NCBI GenBank assembly: GCA_951406725.2
Contig: OX597818.1
Span: 7,812,001 to 7,876,000, forward strand
Direction of reading: 5' to 3'
DNA: 64,000 nucleotides
DNA from: Octopus vulgaris
Taxonomy: Eukaryota
In this document: piece after piece, positions 25,371-41,919 of the stretch
How the letters are laid out: the number at the start of each line of letters is the position of its first letter
Numbering within the stretch: position 1 is the first letter of the stretch
Notes under the pieces: model-generated
Told to the model about the DNA's origin: nothing
The model's database searches: none
What the model saw: the letters and a program-made list of their open reading frames with translations, nothing else
Position numbers and translations under genes: made by a program

Positions 25371-26188
25371 TATAATTTACTAAGTGGCACACAGTTACTG
25401 ATTTAATAAATGGGCTAAACAACAGAAACATTCGTCCAATCCTGTACAGCCACATTATGTAGGCAAATACTCTTTACTTTTAAAGTACTGTTACTAAATA
25501 TCTCTCTTTGACAAATTTAGAATTAATAGTATAAATATATGTGTGTGCGTGTGTGTAAATTAAAAATATGTTCCAGGTTTCTTCAATAATACAGTATTAT
25601 GAATGCAGTTTCGCGATTTTCATCGCTTGTAGACTACTGTTTCTTTCTCTTAGCGTTCTCATTCTGCACTGAAAATAATTTTGTCAATTTTGTAGTTTCA
25701 CATGGCATGTTCAAATTTAATATATTAAATCACAAATGAAAAAGGAGTCCTATAAGTCAAAAATGAAGTGATGAAAATAAAAATTAAACCAAAACCAATT
25801 TGTTGTCTTCGGTTTAACATGCGGATTCAACCACCCCCGTTAAATATTTAATCAAACATTCATTTATACAATAAATGTAGCTGAGAAGGGCTCTTAATGA
25901 GGGCATAACTTCAAACGGAGTTCTTTCCCGTACATAATTTATTTACATTTAATAAATGCCAGAAAATCTCGGGCGGTACATTCAGTTTACTTGAAATTAT
26001 TTCTCTGAAAACAAAATTGGTAAATGCATTCATATATAACATACCTACCTCCCTACACCCATAAACAAATTACTACACCCATAGATAATTATATGTATTT
26101 CCCTTACACACACACACTCTCTCTCTCACACTCTATTGCGCTCTCTCTCTCTATATATATATGCGTGTGTGTGTGTTTGTGTGTGAAA

Positions 26189-26189
<1 letters not shown>

Positions 26190-26285
<96 letters not shown>

Positions 26286-26316
26286 TTTTTTTTTTTTTGT
26301 GTGTGTGTGTGTGTGT
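26190..26316. repeat. (TA)n-(T)n-(TG)n microsatellite
   Basis: Direct reading. Confidence 0.95.
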
Positions 26317-28539
26317 GCACGCATATACGTAAACGAATATCTTTTAATTTGTAGCAATATCGCCAGCTTGGAATACAACCAGCATAATGCAAACATTCTT
26401 CTTTGTTTCATGATTGCTGATATTGTATATGCCACAGGGTTTATTGGAAGTTGACAGGCATGGTGCTTGAAATGGCTTTAATTTATATTTGAATGGATTC
26501 TATAATTTTCATTAAAATGTCTATGCTTGTTATTCCCAAGATATCTGTTCTACATTGCTTTCATAAAAAGTATACAGGCATTCCGCTTCTACTTCATCTT
26601 TAATGCTGTAGCAGAAGAGGAAAGACTTAAATCTTTGAAGTTCAGGCTATATTTACTCTGCACTTTCGCTGTGAAATATCTGGAATGTCATGACTCACCA
26701 ATATTTAGAGTGATTCGGGTTTCTAATCAAATAATCAAGTGTGCTATGGTCAATAGCTTATTATTGTTATTCAGATATTAAATTGAATTTACTTGTGCTA
26801 CGCTTACTGTACTTAAAATATTGCATACTTCAAACTGCTTGTATAGAGCAAATTATTGTAACATTAAAAATTTAAAAACCACAATGGTCATGGTAGTGCA
26901 CAACGATACTTAACTTCATTTATGAGTGAAAGAGTACACGTATTCTCCAATGCCTTTCACCTTTTCAGAAAATATTCAAGAATTTTATGCGCCGATATAT
27001 ATATGTGAGCGTGTGTATGTGTTTGTGTATGTGTTTCTGCGTGTTTGCGCGCGTGCGTGTGTATATAAAAGGACACTAAATTATATGGAAGGCTGAACTT
27101 CATTGTAAGCAAACAGTTCAGTAAGGCAAATAATATAGAAGATTTATATGTTGTCAAAATTATGACAGAAAACGATTAGTCATATATGTCAGCAACGAGG
27201 CCAATAGGTTTACAAATGAAGTAAAACGTTGAAAGTGGCATGGAGAACATTGAAGGATCATAAAACAGTATACTAAAACTCATTAATTATAAACATCTAA
27301 CAGTACATTTAGTACTTCTCTACACTTTTGATGGAGAGGATTACGACAAGCAAGTTTGCAAATCTTGCAAGGACGTTTATAGAATAACTTCGCTCGTACA
27401 GCACCGGTTTTTGGGCTTTCTGGGAAATATTACAAACCGATTTAGAGTATACTGGAAGACGTTATACAGAAATATACACATATAGGTGTATGTATGTGTA
27501 TCTATATATACATATACAGCACACACACGAACACCCCATCCCACATATTCGTTTTGTGCATATATGTAGATAGATATAATAATATAGGTATAATACAGGA
27601 GAGATTTTCTTTCTAATGCTTTAATAAACATAAACGCGCATCGGTAACTCTGATGATAACATACCTGCTTGTCTAAAACTTCATAATCTTATTATTCAAT
27701 TCTTTTATTTTCAGGAAAAAATACCAATAATTAAGATAAGGGCTCAAAATATATGCAAATTATCAGCATCAATGGCGGATTCCAGGCATCATTGAAGTAG
27801 AGGAAAACAAACAGGCAACAGAAGATCGAGGTTTCTACTTGTCGTACTCCTCTTTGCAGATGCGCACGCACGCTCGAACGCGGTCAAACTGATTACCATA
27901 CGTATACAATAGAGGAGAGAGAAAGAAAGAGACAAAGATATTCCAACATCAATAATCTCCAACAGCAACATCACACACAACAATGGTAAGCCCATAGAGA
28001 TCAAGAATGACAATATGAACAACCACAATAATAATATCAATTTAAACAATATCATTAACAGTATGAGAAACCCGTCATAAATGAGATGAAGAAACTAGTG
28101 GCCAGGTAACTCTGACGATCATGGTATTGATCTTGAGTTTCTCTGGTCTGTGGGCATCATGTAGTACGCCACCACCTACCACTCATCCTACCGCATACAC
28201 GCATTAACGTCCCACATACTGTATGTACACAGATACATGACGCTGCACCTCAGAATTCACACACATACACACACACATGTACATGCATGTTCATACACAC
28301 ACGCACCTCCAACACATATACACAGAGTTATTTGCGCTTGACTGTATGTTCACCTAAATTTCGAGCCACGTTTATCGCTACATACACACAGGAACAAATA
28401 TTTCCGCATAACAATACTGTAAACTCGTTCTAATGTTATGCTGCTCCTCACTTGCACCATCACATGCGTACGCTACGATAGGTACGCATCAAATAATGAA
28501 GATTTCGGAGTTCTGCGAAAAGAAGGTTATAGCAAATAA

Positions 28540-30920
28540 AATTAGGAAAAAATGACTGGATGCACGAGGACGAACACGCCAAATTTGGGATTGGTGGCAC
28601 TACGATCTGTGTCATCATATGCCAGACTTGTTTGGAGCCTCTTCACAGATATATTTGCAATTAGCGAAGCAATGGTAGAACTCCGAGTCCTGTAAAACGA
28701 GGGGTGGTAGTGATACAAAGAAAGGAGCCGAAACGTCTCCCACTTAAATCTGCTATACGCAGAGTTAGATATCGTGCCCAAAGTAGCTACTCCGGAACGG
28801 TGAGACAGAGGCAGCGAACGCCTACATTACATTCGTCGTCAGCTAGGGGTTGAATGCTTACCTAAGAGTTTGGCGATTGTCGTCGATTATCTGATAGGCG
28901 AGTCATAGGCATACACCATCCCAACAAATCTATTTATGACGTCCTCCAGCTAACATGATAAATAATTAAATGGGTGGCTACAGAAATTTGCACGGTTGGG
29001 GCTAAATCAAATTAGATTTGTCAAAACTATTCGTTAGCGTAGAACACTATTCCTGGTAGAAGTCTTATCGCCGGCTTGTTTCATTTCCATCTGCAAAGTT
29101 CGATACTTACGGAATACAGCGACATCTGCTCGATGGTTAGAATAAATTTCCATCTATCCAAACCGACCACTAACAGTAAGTCGAACATGTTAATTTTTCC
29201 TTTACAGTACGCGATGACGCCTGGGACACTCCTACGGAAATTAATTGTACCAAGGGTCATCCTGTGTCGCGTGAACTAGTATGTGAGAGAATTATATCAG
29301 CACATGTTTATGATGTACCCGTAATAATGCCGGGCACGAAACACACCGAGATGATCGATATTGTTATGAGAGAGCACAGTTCAGCAACAGGAGGGAGTAT
29401 CAACTGTGAACATATCAGTGAACCTTTAGTTAGGTATAATGTCATCATGTAGGGAGGTGGACGAACGGACCTGTTAAACAGATGATGATCTGAAAGCAGA
29501 TGACGAGCTGTGTGGATAATATTCTTTTTCTACTTTAGGCACAAGGCCCGACATTTTGGAGGAGGTGCCAGTCCATTACATCGACCCTAGTACGCAACTG
29601 GTACTTAATTTGTCGACCCCGAAAGGATACAAGGAAAAGTCGACCTCGGCAGAATTTGAACTCAGAACGTAAAGAGAGACGAAATACCTATTTCTTTACT
29701 ACCCACAAGGGGCTAAACATAGAGGGGACAAACAAGGACAGACAAACGGATTCAAGGACAGACAAACGGATTAAGCCGTTTACATCGACCCCGGTGCGTA
29801 ACTGGTCCTTAATTTATCGACCCCGAAAGGATAAAAGGCAAAGTCGACCTCGGCGGAATTTGAACTCAGAATGTAACGGCAGACGAAATACCGCTAAGCA
29901 TTTCACCTGGTGTGCTAACGTTTCTGCCAGCTCACCACCTTGCTGTGTGGCCAATATCATTCAGAAACAGGTCGAGAGGAAACTGATTCTGAACGTTCGT
30001 TTGGAGGTTGCTAGCACCTTCATTGCAAACGTCATCGACTACCTACTGAGTGCGATGTCTTTACCAAACATCCTGACTGGCCAGACCAGAAATCTTGGTC
30101 TATTACTTTCTATAGAGTGGAAGTGTTCCATTGGTTAGACTATCCTTTTGAGCAACGATGTTAGTGTAAGTTCCATTATAATGTTCTACTGGAGAAAAGA
30201 GGCGGGCAAAAGTGAGACCCTGTTTGTGAGACTCTGGGCGTTGATGAAAATCATGTAGCTATCCTGTTCCAGACGATCTTCCCGCTGAGGCTCATGGATT
30301 ATTTCCAGAAAATCCAGTCCTTGCTGAGCTACAAGGAGGCATTATTCTTTCGGAAATAACTCAATGGAAACCGTAGGCTGTCAACCGGGTACATCCAAGA
30401 AGCACATACAGAGCCGAAAGTTCTGCGTACACGTTCGTATAGTGCCCGAGTATTGTTGATATGTGAAGGTACGTCAAACGGCTGCTATCGTAAAACGGCT
30501 TTGGATAACGGTGAATTCTATTTTGTAGAGAATAATACCGTCTTTCTCTGCCGAGGTAGGTCGGGAAATGTTCCCCTAGTCTGTTCTTAAGACAGACCCT
30601 TATTCACTTCTTTAAGGTAGGTGAGGTTGGAGATGGAGGTACTGATCCCCAGTAAATCTTTTGTTAGGTGGGTGAATGATGGGGGATGTCCCACGTAAGT
30701 GGGCGTGAACTTAGTTCGCACTAGTAAGATGGAGTGAATTTATGGGACATCAGAGTCGGTGTGACTCAGAATCTGTGGGGTTTCTTGGTTTGCCTTCCGG
30801 GGACATTTTCGGTATAATTGTTTTGCTTTAATTCTTTACATACATTCATATAAATACATCATGTCCTTGGTCTTTGCATTGTTCAAAATGTTTTATACGG
30901 CTCTTGTGACCAGTAAAGAA

Positions 30921-30922
<2 letters not shown>
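28540..30922 (+). mobile_element. 5'-truncated, degraded Tx1/L1-clade LINE (RT, C-terminal zinc-binding region, 3' UTR), interrupted by a SINE dimer
   Basis: IKLDLSK..VEH, YSDICSMVRIN.HLSKP, PLQYAMTPGTLLRKL, SAHVYDV (AYADDV), ATGGSINCE, RKLILNVRLEVA..FIA, TFV*CPSIVDM*RYVKRLL; 3' end GCTCTTGTGACCAGTAAAGAAAT followed by (ATT)n. Confidence 0.8.
29522..29939 (-). mobile_element. tRNA-derived SINE dimer (full head + tail-1 unit, then head-truncated tail-2 unit)
   Basis: A-box-like TGGCAGAAACGTTAG, B-box GAGTTCAAATTCC, core GTCGACTTTGCCTTT..GGGGTCGATAAATTAAG; junction at 29688/29689; probable TSD GCTGTGTGGnnAATAT at 29507 and 29942. Confidence 0.9.
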
Positions 30923-31205
<283 letters not shown>

Positions 31206-31208
<3 letters not shown>

Positions 31209-32211
31209 TAGTTTTATTTTTATAGCGTGCTTTCACTTCACTACCGAGCGCAGCTCTGTTTGCCTTGGGTATGTGCTGTGATTTGTTGTGATGCTCTGAT
31301 GGTTATTGTATGGAAAGTGCTCTGCGTAGGATGTGTGCGGTGCCTAGTAGTGCAATTTTCTGTATGTTATATGTGTTTGTGAGTCCTGGTGTTTTTGTTA
31401 TGTATTTGTCTGAATATTTTTTTATCATGCCTAATGCACCTACTATGATAGGAATTGTTTCTGTTTTCAGATTTCACATTCTGGTTACCTCTATTTCCAG
31501 GTCTTTGTATTTTGAGAGTTTCTCCATTTCTTTTAGAGACACGTTGTCATCTGCCGGTATTGATACGTCAATTAGAAAGCATTTTTTTTCATCATGATCT
31601 CTAACAACTATATCTGGCCTGTTGGCCTTAATTTCTCTATCTGTGTGTATTGGGATATCCCAGAGTATGGTTGCTTTCTCGTTTTCTGTGACCTTTTCTG
31701 GTGTGTGCCTATACCATCTTTTTTCTGTTGTTATTCCATAATGTTGGCATAGCTTCCAATGTATGTAGGTTCCAACTCCGTCATGTCTGTGAATATATTC
31801 CGTCTTAGCCAGGACTGGGCAGCTAGAGATAATATGGTTTATTGTTTCTTGTCCATCTCCACATATTCTGCAGTTACTTGTAATATTTCTTTTCATTACA
31901 TGTTTTTGGTAATTTCTGGTGGGGAAGCTTTGGTCTTGTGCTTCAATTAAAAATCCCACTGTTTCTGCTTTGAGTCCTGAGCTTCTCAACCATTGCTGGT
32001 ATTTTTCTTTGTCTATTTCTTTTGCGTTTAGTTTAGTTCAGTATTTACCATGAAGGGGCTTTTCTTGCCATCGTTTTATCATGGTTCGTTGCTGTTCTAT
32101 TTTTAGTTTTGATTTCATTTGTTTTATAGTTTTTGTTGTTTCTTCTTCTTCTTCTTCTTCTCCTTCTTCTTCTTCTTCTTCTTCTTCTTCTTCTTCTTCT
32201 TCTTCTTCTTC

Positions 32212-32243
<32 letters not shown>

Positions 32244-33904
32244 CTTCTTCGTCTTCTCCCTCCTCCTCTTCTTCTTCTTCATATTTATAAGGTGGTATGA
32301 TTTCTTGTTTGTATTTGTCAGCTTCGTTAAATACTGAGAACAGTTTTTTGTTTTGCTCGTGTTTTGCCGCTATTTGTATCAGTTTTCCTTCCTTCTGAAG
32401 TAGATATTTTTGCAGTCCTATGGTGGTTATTTTATAGTAGTTTTCCAGCTGTATAAGGCCTCTACCACCTTCTATACGTTGTATATATAGTCTTTCTATG
32501 TCAGATTTTGGGTGATGCATCCTAGATCCTGTCAGTATTTTTCTTGTTTTCCTATCTATTTTGGTCAGTTCATTTTGTGTCCAGTTAAGGATATTGTAGC
32601 TGTAACTTATAACTGGGACAGCTAAAGTGTTAATACCTGTTATCTTGTTTTTAGCATTGAGCTCTGTTTTTAGTATTGATCTAACTCGTCTATAATATTC
32701 TTTTTTTATTTTCTCTTTCATTTGTGTGTGTTGTGTCTTATCTAGTTCATTGATTCCTAAGTATTTGTAAGTTTGGCTTTGGTCTAATTCTTTTATTTCA
32801 TTGGTTTTATCTAGTGTGATGTTGGTACTCTTAACTAGTTTTCCTCTTTTCATGGTTACTTTGGCGCATTTTTCTAATCCAAATTTCATATCTATTTCTT
32901 TGGTAAATCCATGAACTGTCTTTAATAGTGTTTCCAGCTGTTTGTCATTTGCAGCGTATAGTTTTAGGTCATCCATATATAAAAGGTGGCTGGTCGTTTT
33001 GCCGTTACATTTATATCCGCATCCAGTTCTATTTAGTATATCAGATAGAGGTGACAGTGCCAAGCAGAAAAGGAGTGGAGAGAGCGTGTCTCCCTGGAAT
33101 ATTCCTCTTCTAATGGGGATGTCTTTGGTTTTCATGAGTCCCTCTTTTGTTTGGAGGTGTAGGGCTGTTTGCCATTTATTCATAGAGTGCCCTATGAATT
33201 TTATGATTTTTGGTGCTACTTTGTTAATGGCTAGTGTTTCGAGGATCCATGTGTGGGGGATGCTATCAAACGCCTTTTTGTAGTCAATCCAGGCCATACT
33301 GAGGCCTTTCTTCTTTCTGTGGCTGTCTTCAGTTATGGCTTTATTAGTTGATCTTTACAGCCATATGAGCATTTGCGGCATCCTTTCTGCTCTTCTGGGA
33401 ACAGTTTGTTTTCGTCCAGGTGCTTATTCAACCTTTGCGATATCACTGCAGTAAATGCCTTGAACATTGTAGGGAGGCAGGTTATTGGTCTGTAGTTTTC
33501 TGGTTTTGCTGTCTCATTTGATTTGGGAATTAAGATGGTTTTCCCCTTTGTGAGCCATTCAGGCATTGTCTCTGGCTCTCCTAGTATGTTGTTAAAGTTT
33601 TCAGCCAGCTTTTTGTGTATTCCTGTTAGATATTTCAACCAGAAGTTGGGGATCTTGTCATGCCCAGGTGCCTTCCAGTTGCTTAGTCTTTGCAGTGCCT
33701 AGGTGACCTCTTCAGTTGTTATGGGGGTCCAAAGTTGTTCAGATGCCGAGTTTGTTATTTTCATACTCCTTTTTTTTGGTTGTTCGTTCGCCGACCATAT
33801 TTCTCTCCAGAATTCTTCCAATTCTTCCGCCGTTGGTGCTGCAGTTATTTCTATTTTATTTTTGCCACGTTCTTGGTAGAACTTTTTGGGGTTGGAGTTG
33901 AACT

Positions 33905-33905
<1 letters not shown>
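31206..33905 (-). mobile_element. 5'-truncated R4/Dong-clade LINE (RT + restriction-like endonuclease) inserted in (AAT)n
   Basis: (AAT)n on both sides; motifs NYRPITCLP, PEEQKGC, AWIDYKKAFDSIPH, GIFQGDTLSPLLF, HLLYMDDLKL, YKYLG, GGRGL, CRIC..ETINHIISSC, RHD, RPDIV..IDVS, EKLSKY, LGTAHILRR. Confidence 0.93.
31303..33905 (-). pseudogene. Dong-type RT-RLE ORF with few lesions and an in-frame poly-Glu expansion
   Basis: ORF pieces 33333-33638, 32038-33297 and 31474-31989; terminal stop at 31303 after ..ALSIQ. Confidence 0.88.
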
Positions 33906-34135
<230 letters not shown>

Positions 34136-35324
34136 AACATTGTGAGTAATCATTTTGTGCATATATACGTGTCTAATATTTGTGGGTTGCAAAAAACATG
34201 GTTCTACTGTTTTACATATATGGTTTACATATATGTACATAAACAAAATGAAATATGCAAAAGTACAGCCAAACTAAAATCTATTGCAGCATAAAGGTAT
34301 TTGAAGTATTTCATGAAACTAATCAATAAGTCCACTGGAAACATAACGTGATATACGTGAGCGTCGATCCATGAAATTGCTTTATATTTAGTGCATAAGA
34401 ACGTCAAGCAAATGATGTCGATTAAAAATATCCCCTTTAAAAAACAACATTCCATTTCTTCATTTCTTTGTTGTCATATATTTTTTTGCTCTACACCACT
34501 GTTATTGAGATAAATTTAACTCACTGAAAATAATATACCACTCATGTGATATATTCTAATTCTTATGGAATACAAATGTCCGACAGCCTAGTGGTTATTA
34601 TTCCTAGCTTACATATCTATATTTATGTTTGTAGATTAATACGATATTTCTTGAGAGAATAACAAAGAATTAGAAAAGGAAGGAAGCAATACTGACTGAA
34701 GCAAGTTAGATTTGACAAATAGTATTGAAATTTGCGCGTGCGCGTGTGTGCAGACATTTTGGGGGTTTTACGAGAGGAATTAGCAAATATTCGAGTATTA
34801 GTTTATTATGGATATATATTGCACAAACAATGAACACTAATTAGCCTTTTCGAATACTACAATTTAACGACAACATACACATCCGCTTAATTAATATACC
34901 ATGCTATAGTTATTTGGCAAAATACCAGCCTTTTGCCTGAATGTATGATAACCTATTTTAGGTAACATTGCTCAGAAATAAAATTGACGTTAGAAACCAG
35001 CAGTTGATGAATCATATGTTTCTACTTTACATTTAATATGACTACTTCATCTCACTTTAACAAGATGGAATGTATATGCAATAGACCAAAATATTATGAA
35101 AGTTTATAAGCTATAATCTAATTGACAAGATTTCTTTTACACGTTTATACAAGTTTTGACCCAAATTAAAAAGCAGCCTAGCAATTTGGACCAAGTAAAC
35201 AATGAGTTTCTATATGCCACGTTTTCAATTGAAAAATATTTACTTACATATATTTCTTATATTGTACCTCCCGACCGGTATTGTGCTGTATCTTTTTTCA
35301 GAAAAGTCCGTAACTGTACATTCT

Positions 35325-35465
35325 AATATCAAATTCCGCCGAGGTCGACTTCACCGTTTCTCCTTTCGACGTCGATAAAATAAGTTCCAGGTGGACACCG
35401 GAATTGATGTAATCGACTTACCCACTCCCCCGAAATTGCAGACCTTGTGCCAAGATTTGAAATCG
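35325..35465 (+). mobile_element. Old monomeric SINE (tail-2 type)
   Basis: TCAAATTCCGCCGAGGTCGAC..GTCGATAAAATAAG..CCCCGAAATTGCAGACCTTGTGCC. Confidence 0.75.
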
Positions 35466-36059
35466 AAGATAATTTTCAGTTTTCTCCTATCATACTTCAA
35501 TTTTCGAAGGATTGTCAAAATAGTTATATTCACTAGAAATTGAGATGATGCATATTGTTTTTGTACTTGATGTTAAAGTTGTCCTGTAGCTTATTATAAG
35601 ACATAAAATATGTATGTGTACGTGTACCTGTGTATGTGAGCATGTGTGTATGTATAAGTATGTATGTATAGGTGCGGTTGTAGAACAGCATAGTCTCCAC
35701 TAGTTATCATTCATATTAAGTTGTACATGCAGTGAATCGTCTTTAATTGTGATTTTTATTGCCTGCAACTTAATGAGAGACGCAGAAAGATGAAAATTAA
35801 TTATCCTCTCATTTTCGAAACTGCAAATTCTCAACTGACATTTGTTGGAATATCTTTTTGGACGTTCCACTTCTTAAATTTCTTCTCCTGCCTCTGAATT
35901 AGTGAACTCGCAAGCTGGTACGTTGATTAATAAAACTCTTGAATATATCTCACGCTAACTTGGGTTTATTCTTCATTTAATAATTCCATCTCAGACCCCA
36001 CTGGGAACAACTCACAGCACCAACTCACTATATACTCAACTGAAATAGTTGAGAAATAA

Positions 36060-36474
36060 GGCAGCGAGCATGTAGAAATGTTAGCACGCCGGGCGAAATA
36101 CTTAGCGTTATTTCGTCTGCCGCTACGTTCTGAGTTCAAATTCCGCCGAGGTCGACTTTGCCTTTCATCCTTTCGGGGTTCATTAAATAAGTACCAGTTA
36201 CACACCCGGGTCGATATAATCGACATAATCCGTTTGTCTGTCCTTGTTTGTCGTCTCTGTGTTTAGCCCGTTGTCGGTAGTAAAGAAATAGGTATTTCGT
36301 CTGCCGTTACCTACTGAGTTCCAATTCCGCCGAGGTCGACTTTGCCTTTCATCCTTTCGGGGTCGATAAATTAAGTACCAGTTACGCACTGGGTTTGATA
36401 AAATCGACTTAATCCGTTTGTCTGTCCTTGTTTGTACTCTTTTTGTGTAGCCCTTTGTGGGTAGTAAAGAAATA
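36060..36474 (+). mobile_element. tRNA-derived SINE dimer (two tail-1 units)
   Basis: Full head at 36060; junction AAGAAATA/GGTATTTCG at 36290/36291. Confidence 0.9.
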
Positions 36475-37049
36475 TGAAATACTTAAGAAACAAATAACTT
36501 TTTCACGCATACATTTACCAAAGAAGCAAAACAATTTATATTGGTTGAATAGTGTTTTCAGTACCGATGACGAATTGATCTGGACGAAATTGCAGGCGAC
36601 TGGAGCTTTATGAAATTGCAAATTTTATGATGTGTGTATTTGATGGGGCTTCTCTCCCCATAAAAAAAACTGAGACTGTAAATAATTTTTCAGCCTAAAT
36701 TCAGCTTTCAATTTCCGCTTGAAATTACTACTTTATTGATTTCTGACGAATGATACCAATTGAATATTTTAAATCATGAGGACAAAATTAACATTCTTAA
36801 AACGCTTGACGCCACATATAGATATACACTCCCACAGATTTTAGGTACATATTTGCTGCATTGATCCTACTTTCTTTGGGATACATGTTAGGACATTTCC
36901 CTACCTTTAACATTTTTCCAGTAAGTAGGACGACTATTTAATAAATTATTCCATACGAGTTGACACCTTTTTCTTTATCATTTTCTTATTTGTAAATATG
37001 TATGTACGTGTGTATATATCTCTCAATTGCTTCATTTATTAGACATATG

Positions 37050-37512
<463 letters not shown>

Positions 37513-39039
37513 TGTAGATTTTATTTATTGTCCTCTTAATGCAAGTGTTTTGATTGCAATCCATTTATCATTACTCACCTTTTATCTGACGCTGTTTCAA
37601 TCGTATTTTCATGAAAATACACATACGTACACACAAGCACACGTTTGACCGCGAAATCCACGCACACAATCACACACACACACACACACACACACACGAA
37701 CAAACACAAAATCACATGGATATGCACAAACATAGACACACAATCACACCAACAACACATTGATGTACACGCAATCAGATATAGTCAATCACACGCTTTC
37801 GGGGAAATAGTTTGCAATTCCTAGAATGTATGAAAAAGCCACTTCCAGGAAGACAGTCTATGCATTCGTCCTGGAGACTGCCTGCAAGATCAGAAAATAC
37901 CTGCACAGCTTCCGATCCTTTGTTAAATAAGTTATTACTAAATTTCTAGAGTTTTCCTTTGCACTAATTCTCATGAAAGGAGAAACTGAATGTAGTTGCC
38001 CAGGCATTAATACTTTCGGTTGCTTTGAATGAAATTTCATGTTGTACATACTCAATAAAACCGTTGTTTTTTTTTTTGTCACAGTAGTCTAACCACCACT
38101 TTATACTAAATCGCCAACTTCATAATATTACCGTTTATTTTTATCCGCTGATGACATTATTCCTTTCATTATGCCTTTATCCTCAAATTGTGTACCACAA
38201 AGCTACATCCTATACTATTCGTAGATTTATAACAATTATTAAAACCACGACACTGATCGTAATACTACGCTGAATTTGTTAATTGTAAATCAGTTGACGT
38301 CATTTCTATCATTTCCCACGCAATTGATATAATCATAAGCAAACATATTTTTCATAACCTAGTCTGCATATCTCTCTTTTAGAACAACATATATGACTGT
38401 CATAGACCGAGATCTGTTACAGTGATGTTTTTCTATTGACACTAATAATGGATGTTACATTTGAGAAATTTAGTGAAAGCAATAAGATTTCTTTTGATAT
38501 CAACAGATATTTTGACTCGTTTGACCTCGAGATTTCTTTTGTTCGTAAGTTTTTCTATTACACTGCCTTATAGTAATATATCATTTTGGTGGGTTTTCTT
38601 TAGATATACATTTTATCACCTGTTACGTACATCGGAGTTTCATTATTTTCCACTTTCATTCTCTTGTACAATGACTCACGCAGATAATAACACCTTTACT
38701 TTCACGTTAGGCACATAGGCACCATTTACATATAACCTAGACGTTCACTTCCTGTTTGAAGCATGACCAAAAGTATTTTTCAATAAGTCTTTCAACATTG
38801 ATTATAACAAGTATTTATACTAGGACATTATAATTCCAATTTGTGCTAAGAACATTATTGGAATTGGGAGCTTCTACATAGATACACGACTTACTAGAAA
38901 TAACTGACAGCACACACTTCTTTAAAGCATAAAGGCACGATAGCAAACTAGTGATCGATAATAACACCAGAGAATTAAGAATATAAAATGACTTAATAGT
39001 AACTATTTTCCTTTATTATTTCTCGTACAAATGATTTCA

Positions 39040-39985
<946 letters not shown>

Positions 39986-40228
39986 GTGGGTATAATATAA
40001 ATAATGTACATAATTCCTCATCTCTTAAATATAGAACTGCATTGTGATATGTATTACCGACCAATTTTCTTTAATTTTTTTCTCTTTTTTCTAATGCTTC
40101 TTAGTGTTTTAATGTAATATTCATTTGAAGTTTTCGCACCAAATCAGCCAGTTTGGGAAAGGAGGTTAGTCGAATACATTGACCCCAGTGCTCGACTGGT
40201 ACTCACTTGATATAGATTATAACAATCA

Positions 40229-40263
<35 letters not shown>

Positions 40264-40599
40264 CGCGTGTGTGCGTGTGTGTTTGTGTGAGCGCATGCGT
40301 GTGCGTGTGCGCGCGGGAAAATATGTGTGTGTGTAAGTATATTTATGTGTGTATACATTAATCGCAAAATGTAAAGAGGTATCTCGGTTCAAAATAGATT
40401 TAAATACTTGAAGAGATGAAATATATGAGCCATTCAGATAAGTAGATAATCTCCCCTGGCTAGGCGGCTCTCCAGGCAGACAATTCTACTTCCACGGACT
40501 ACCCACAACATTGTTGTTGTGTGTTACGTGATATCATCGAAAGATTTTTGCTGAAATTTCTCTAAATATAAGGAGAGGTAGGCTTTATACATGAGCTAA

Positions 40600-41825
40600 T
40601 TGATTTACAACCATAGCAGTTATGAATTACAAAGTGGCTCTAAATTGGTCAGTCTAGCACATAATTTCCAGATTTTTGATACGCATGACTCTTTTCAAAA
40701 TATTGAAGTTCTTAATTCTTTCCATCAGATGCTCAACATGGCTCCGAAGGTTTGCAATATTCCGTGATTCTGAAACTTGCCTCTTGGACAGTCGCTTTTT
40801 CTGGTTTTTAATCGGAGGTATGATCAAGTGGAACCCAAGGGGTGCTGTGAGGTCAGAGATAAGAAATCATTTGCCGGCCGTTATGGAATCGCTACTTTCG
40901 CAGAGATCTAATAAAATGGCTTTTCCTGTGTAATAACGTTATCACTTACATTCGATGCCCATAATCCTGATACAGAAGTTACTGCACCAGCTGGATGATA
41001 CCTATTAAGCCCCTCCATGTCATATTGATTTATAATCACTGTGCGTCAATGATTTGCTTTGTGATGAAGAAGGAGTCTCTGATCGTATTTCAGTACAATC
41101 AAATATAACTCGACAAGTTGGATACTTTGCATGGAATGATGGTGGCATATGGTCATTCACTGCTTTTCTTGGTGGCCATATTACTAGAAATCATAAATGA
41201 ACATCTAAGTAATCAATCCACTTATTAAATATTGGGCCACATGTTGTGCTAATGCAGAAGTGATATGCTAAATCCTCTAATAGTAGCCCAAGTCGCAATC
41301 TCATAAGTACAAGAAAAAATTCATCAATTAATCCAAGCTGCCTGGGTCTCTCTTGCTCTAATGAAGCACCACGTCTGGCAGTTTCACTTGCTGCATCATC
41401 TTTAATTTCATCAAAAAGACAATCAAATGTCGGGGAATTTGCTTCTGCTTATCTTTTTTCACATCTTCATATGTAAGCACATGTGCATTTGCCTGTGTTT
41501 CATAATCTACAATCTTACTTTCAAAGGTCTGGTATTGCGTATATGATCATACACTTACAGATATTTTAAATACTTTGTTTGGAAAAACGAATGGAAAGGT
41601 GTTATCTGTCGATGGTATATTAGAATTCATGAAATGCTGGGAGCAAATCTGGCTATTTGAAGTGTAAACAAAGATTTTCCTCACAAGTCTCGATCTCTGA
41701 AGCCAAATACGACGAATGGCGACGTTTGCAGGGTATCTACGAAGAGAAATAGCTTTGCCTTCTACATACTTCACTCTGTAATTGCTGCATATACAACAGT
41801 ATTTGCACGATTTCTTCGGATACAT
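40600..41825 (-). pseudogene. THAP-domain + ISL2EU/Harbinger-type DDE transposase remnant
   Basis: THAP: YCCICSN..RYP..RRIW..QICSQHF..PFVFP; transposase: EFFLVLMRLRLGLLLEDLA, RVIFDCTEI, SDYKS, IIPP, SRNIANLRSHVE..MERIKNFNIL. Confidence 0.82.
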
Positions 41826-41919
41826 ATTAACCGGTCATACAGCTTGTGAGTTGGTAATCCGCAGAAGTATGCGTACATGCCATACGGGAGAGTTCCAATC
41901 AGGAGCTGATAACTACCTT

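Noticed and set aside
27715-28105. Possible host exon (TTTTCAG acceptor; ATG/GTAAGC or CAG/GTAACT donors)
   Set aside because: Stops in all frames and no recognisable protein; a UTR or lncRNA exon cannot be supported without RNA data.
41547-41825. Host THAP transcription-factor gene
   Set aside because: It is directly followed by a decayed DDE transposase, so it is better explained as part of a transposon.
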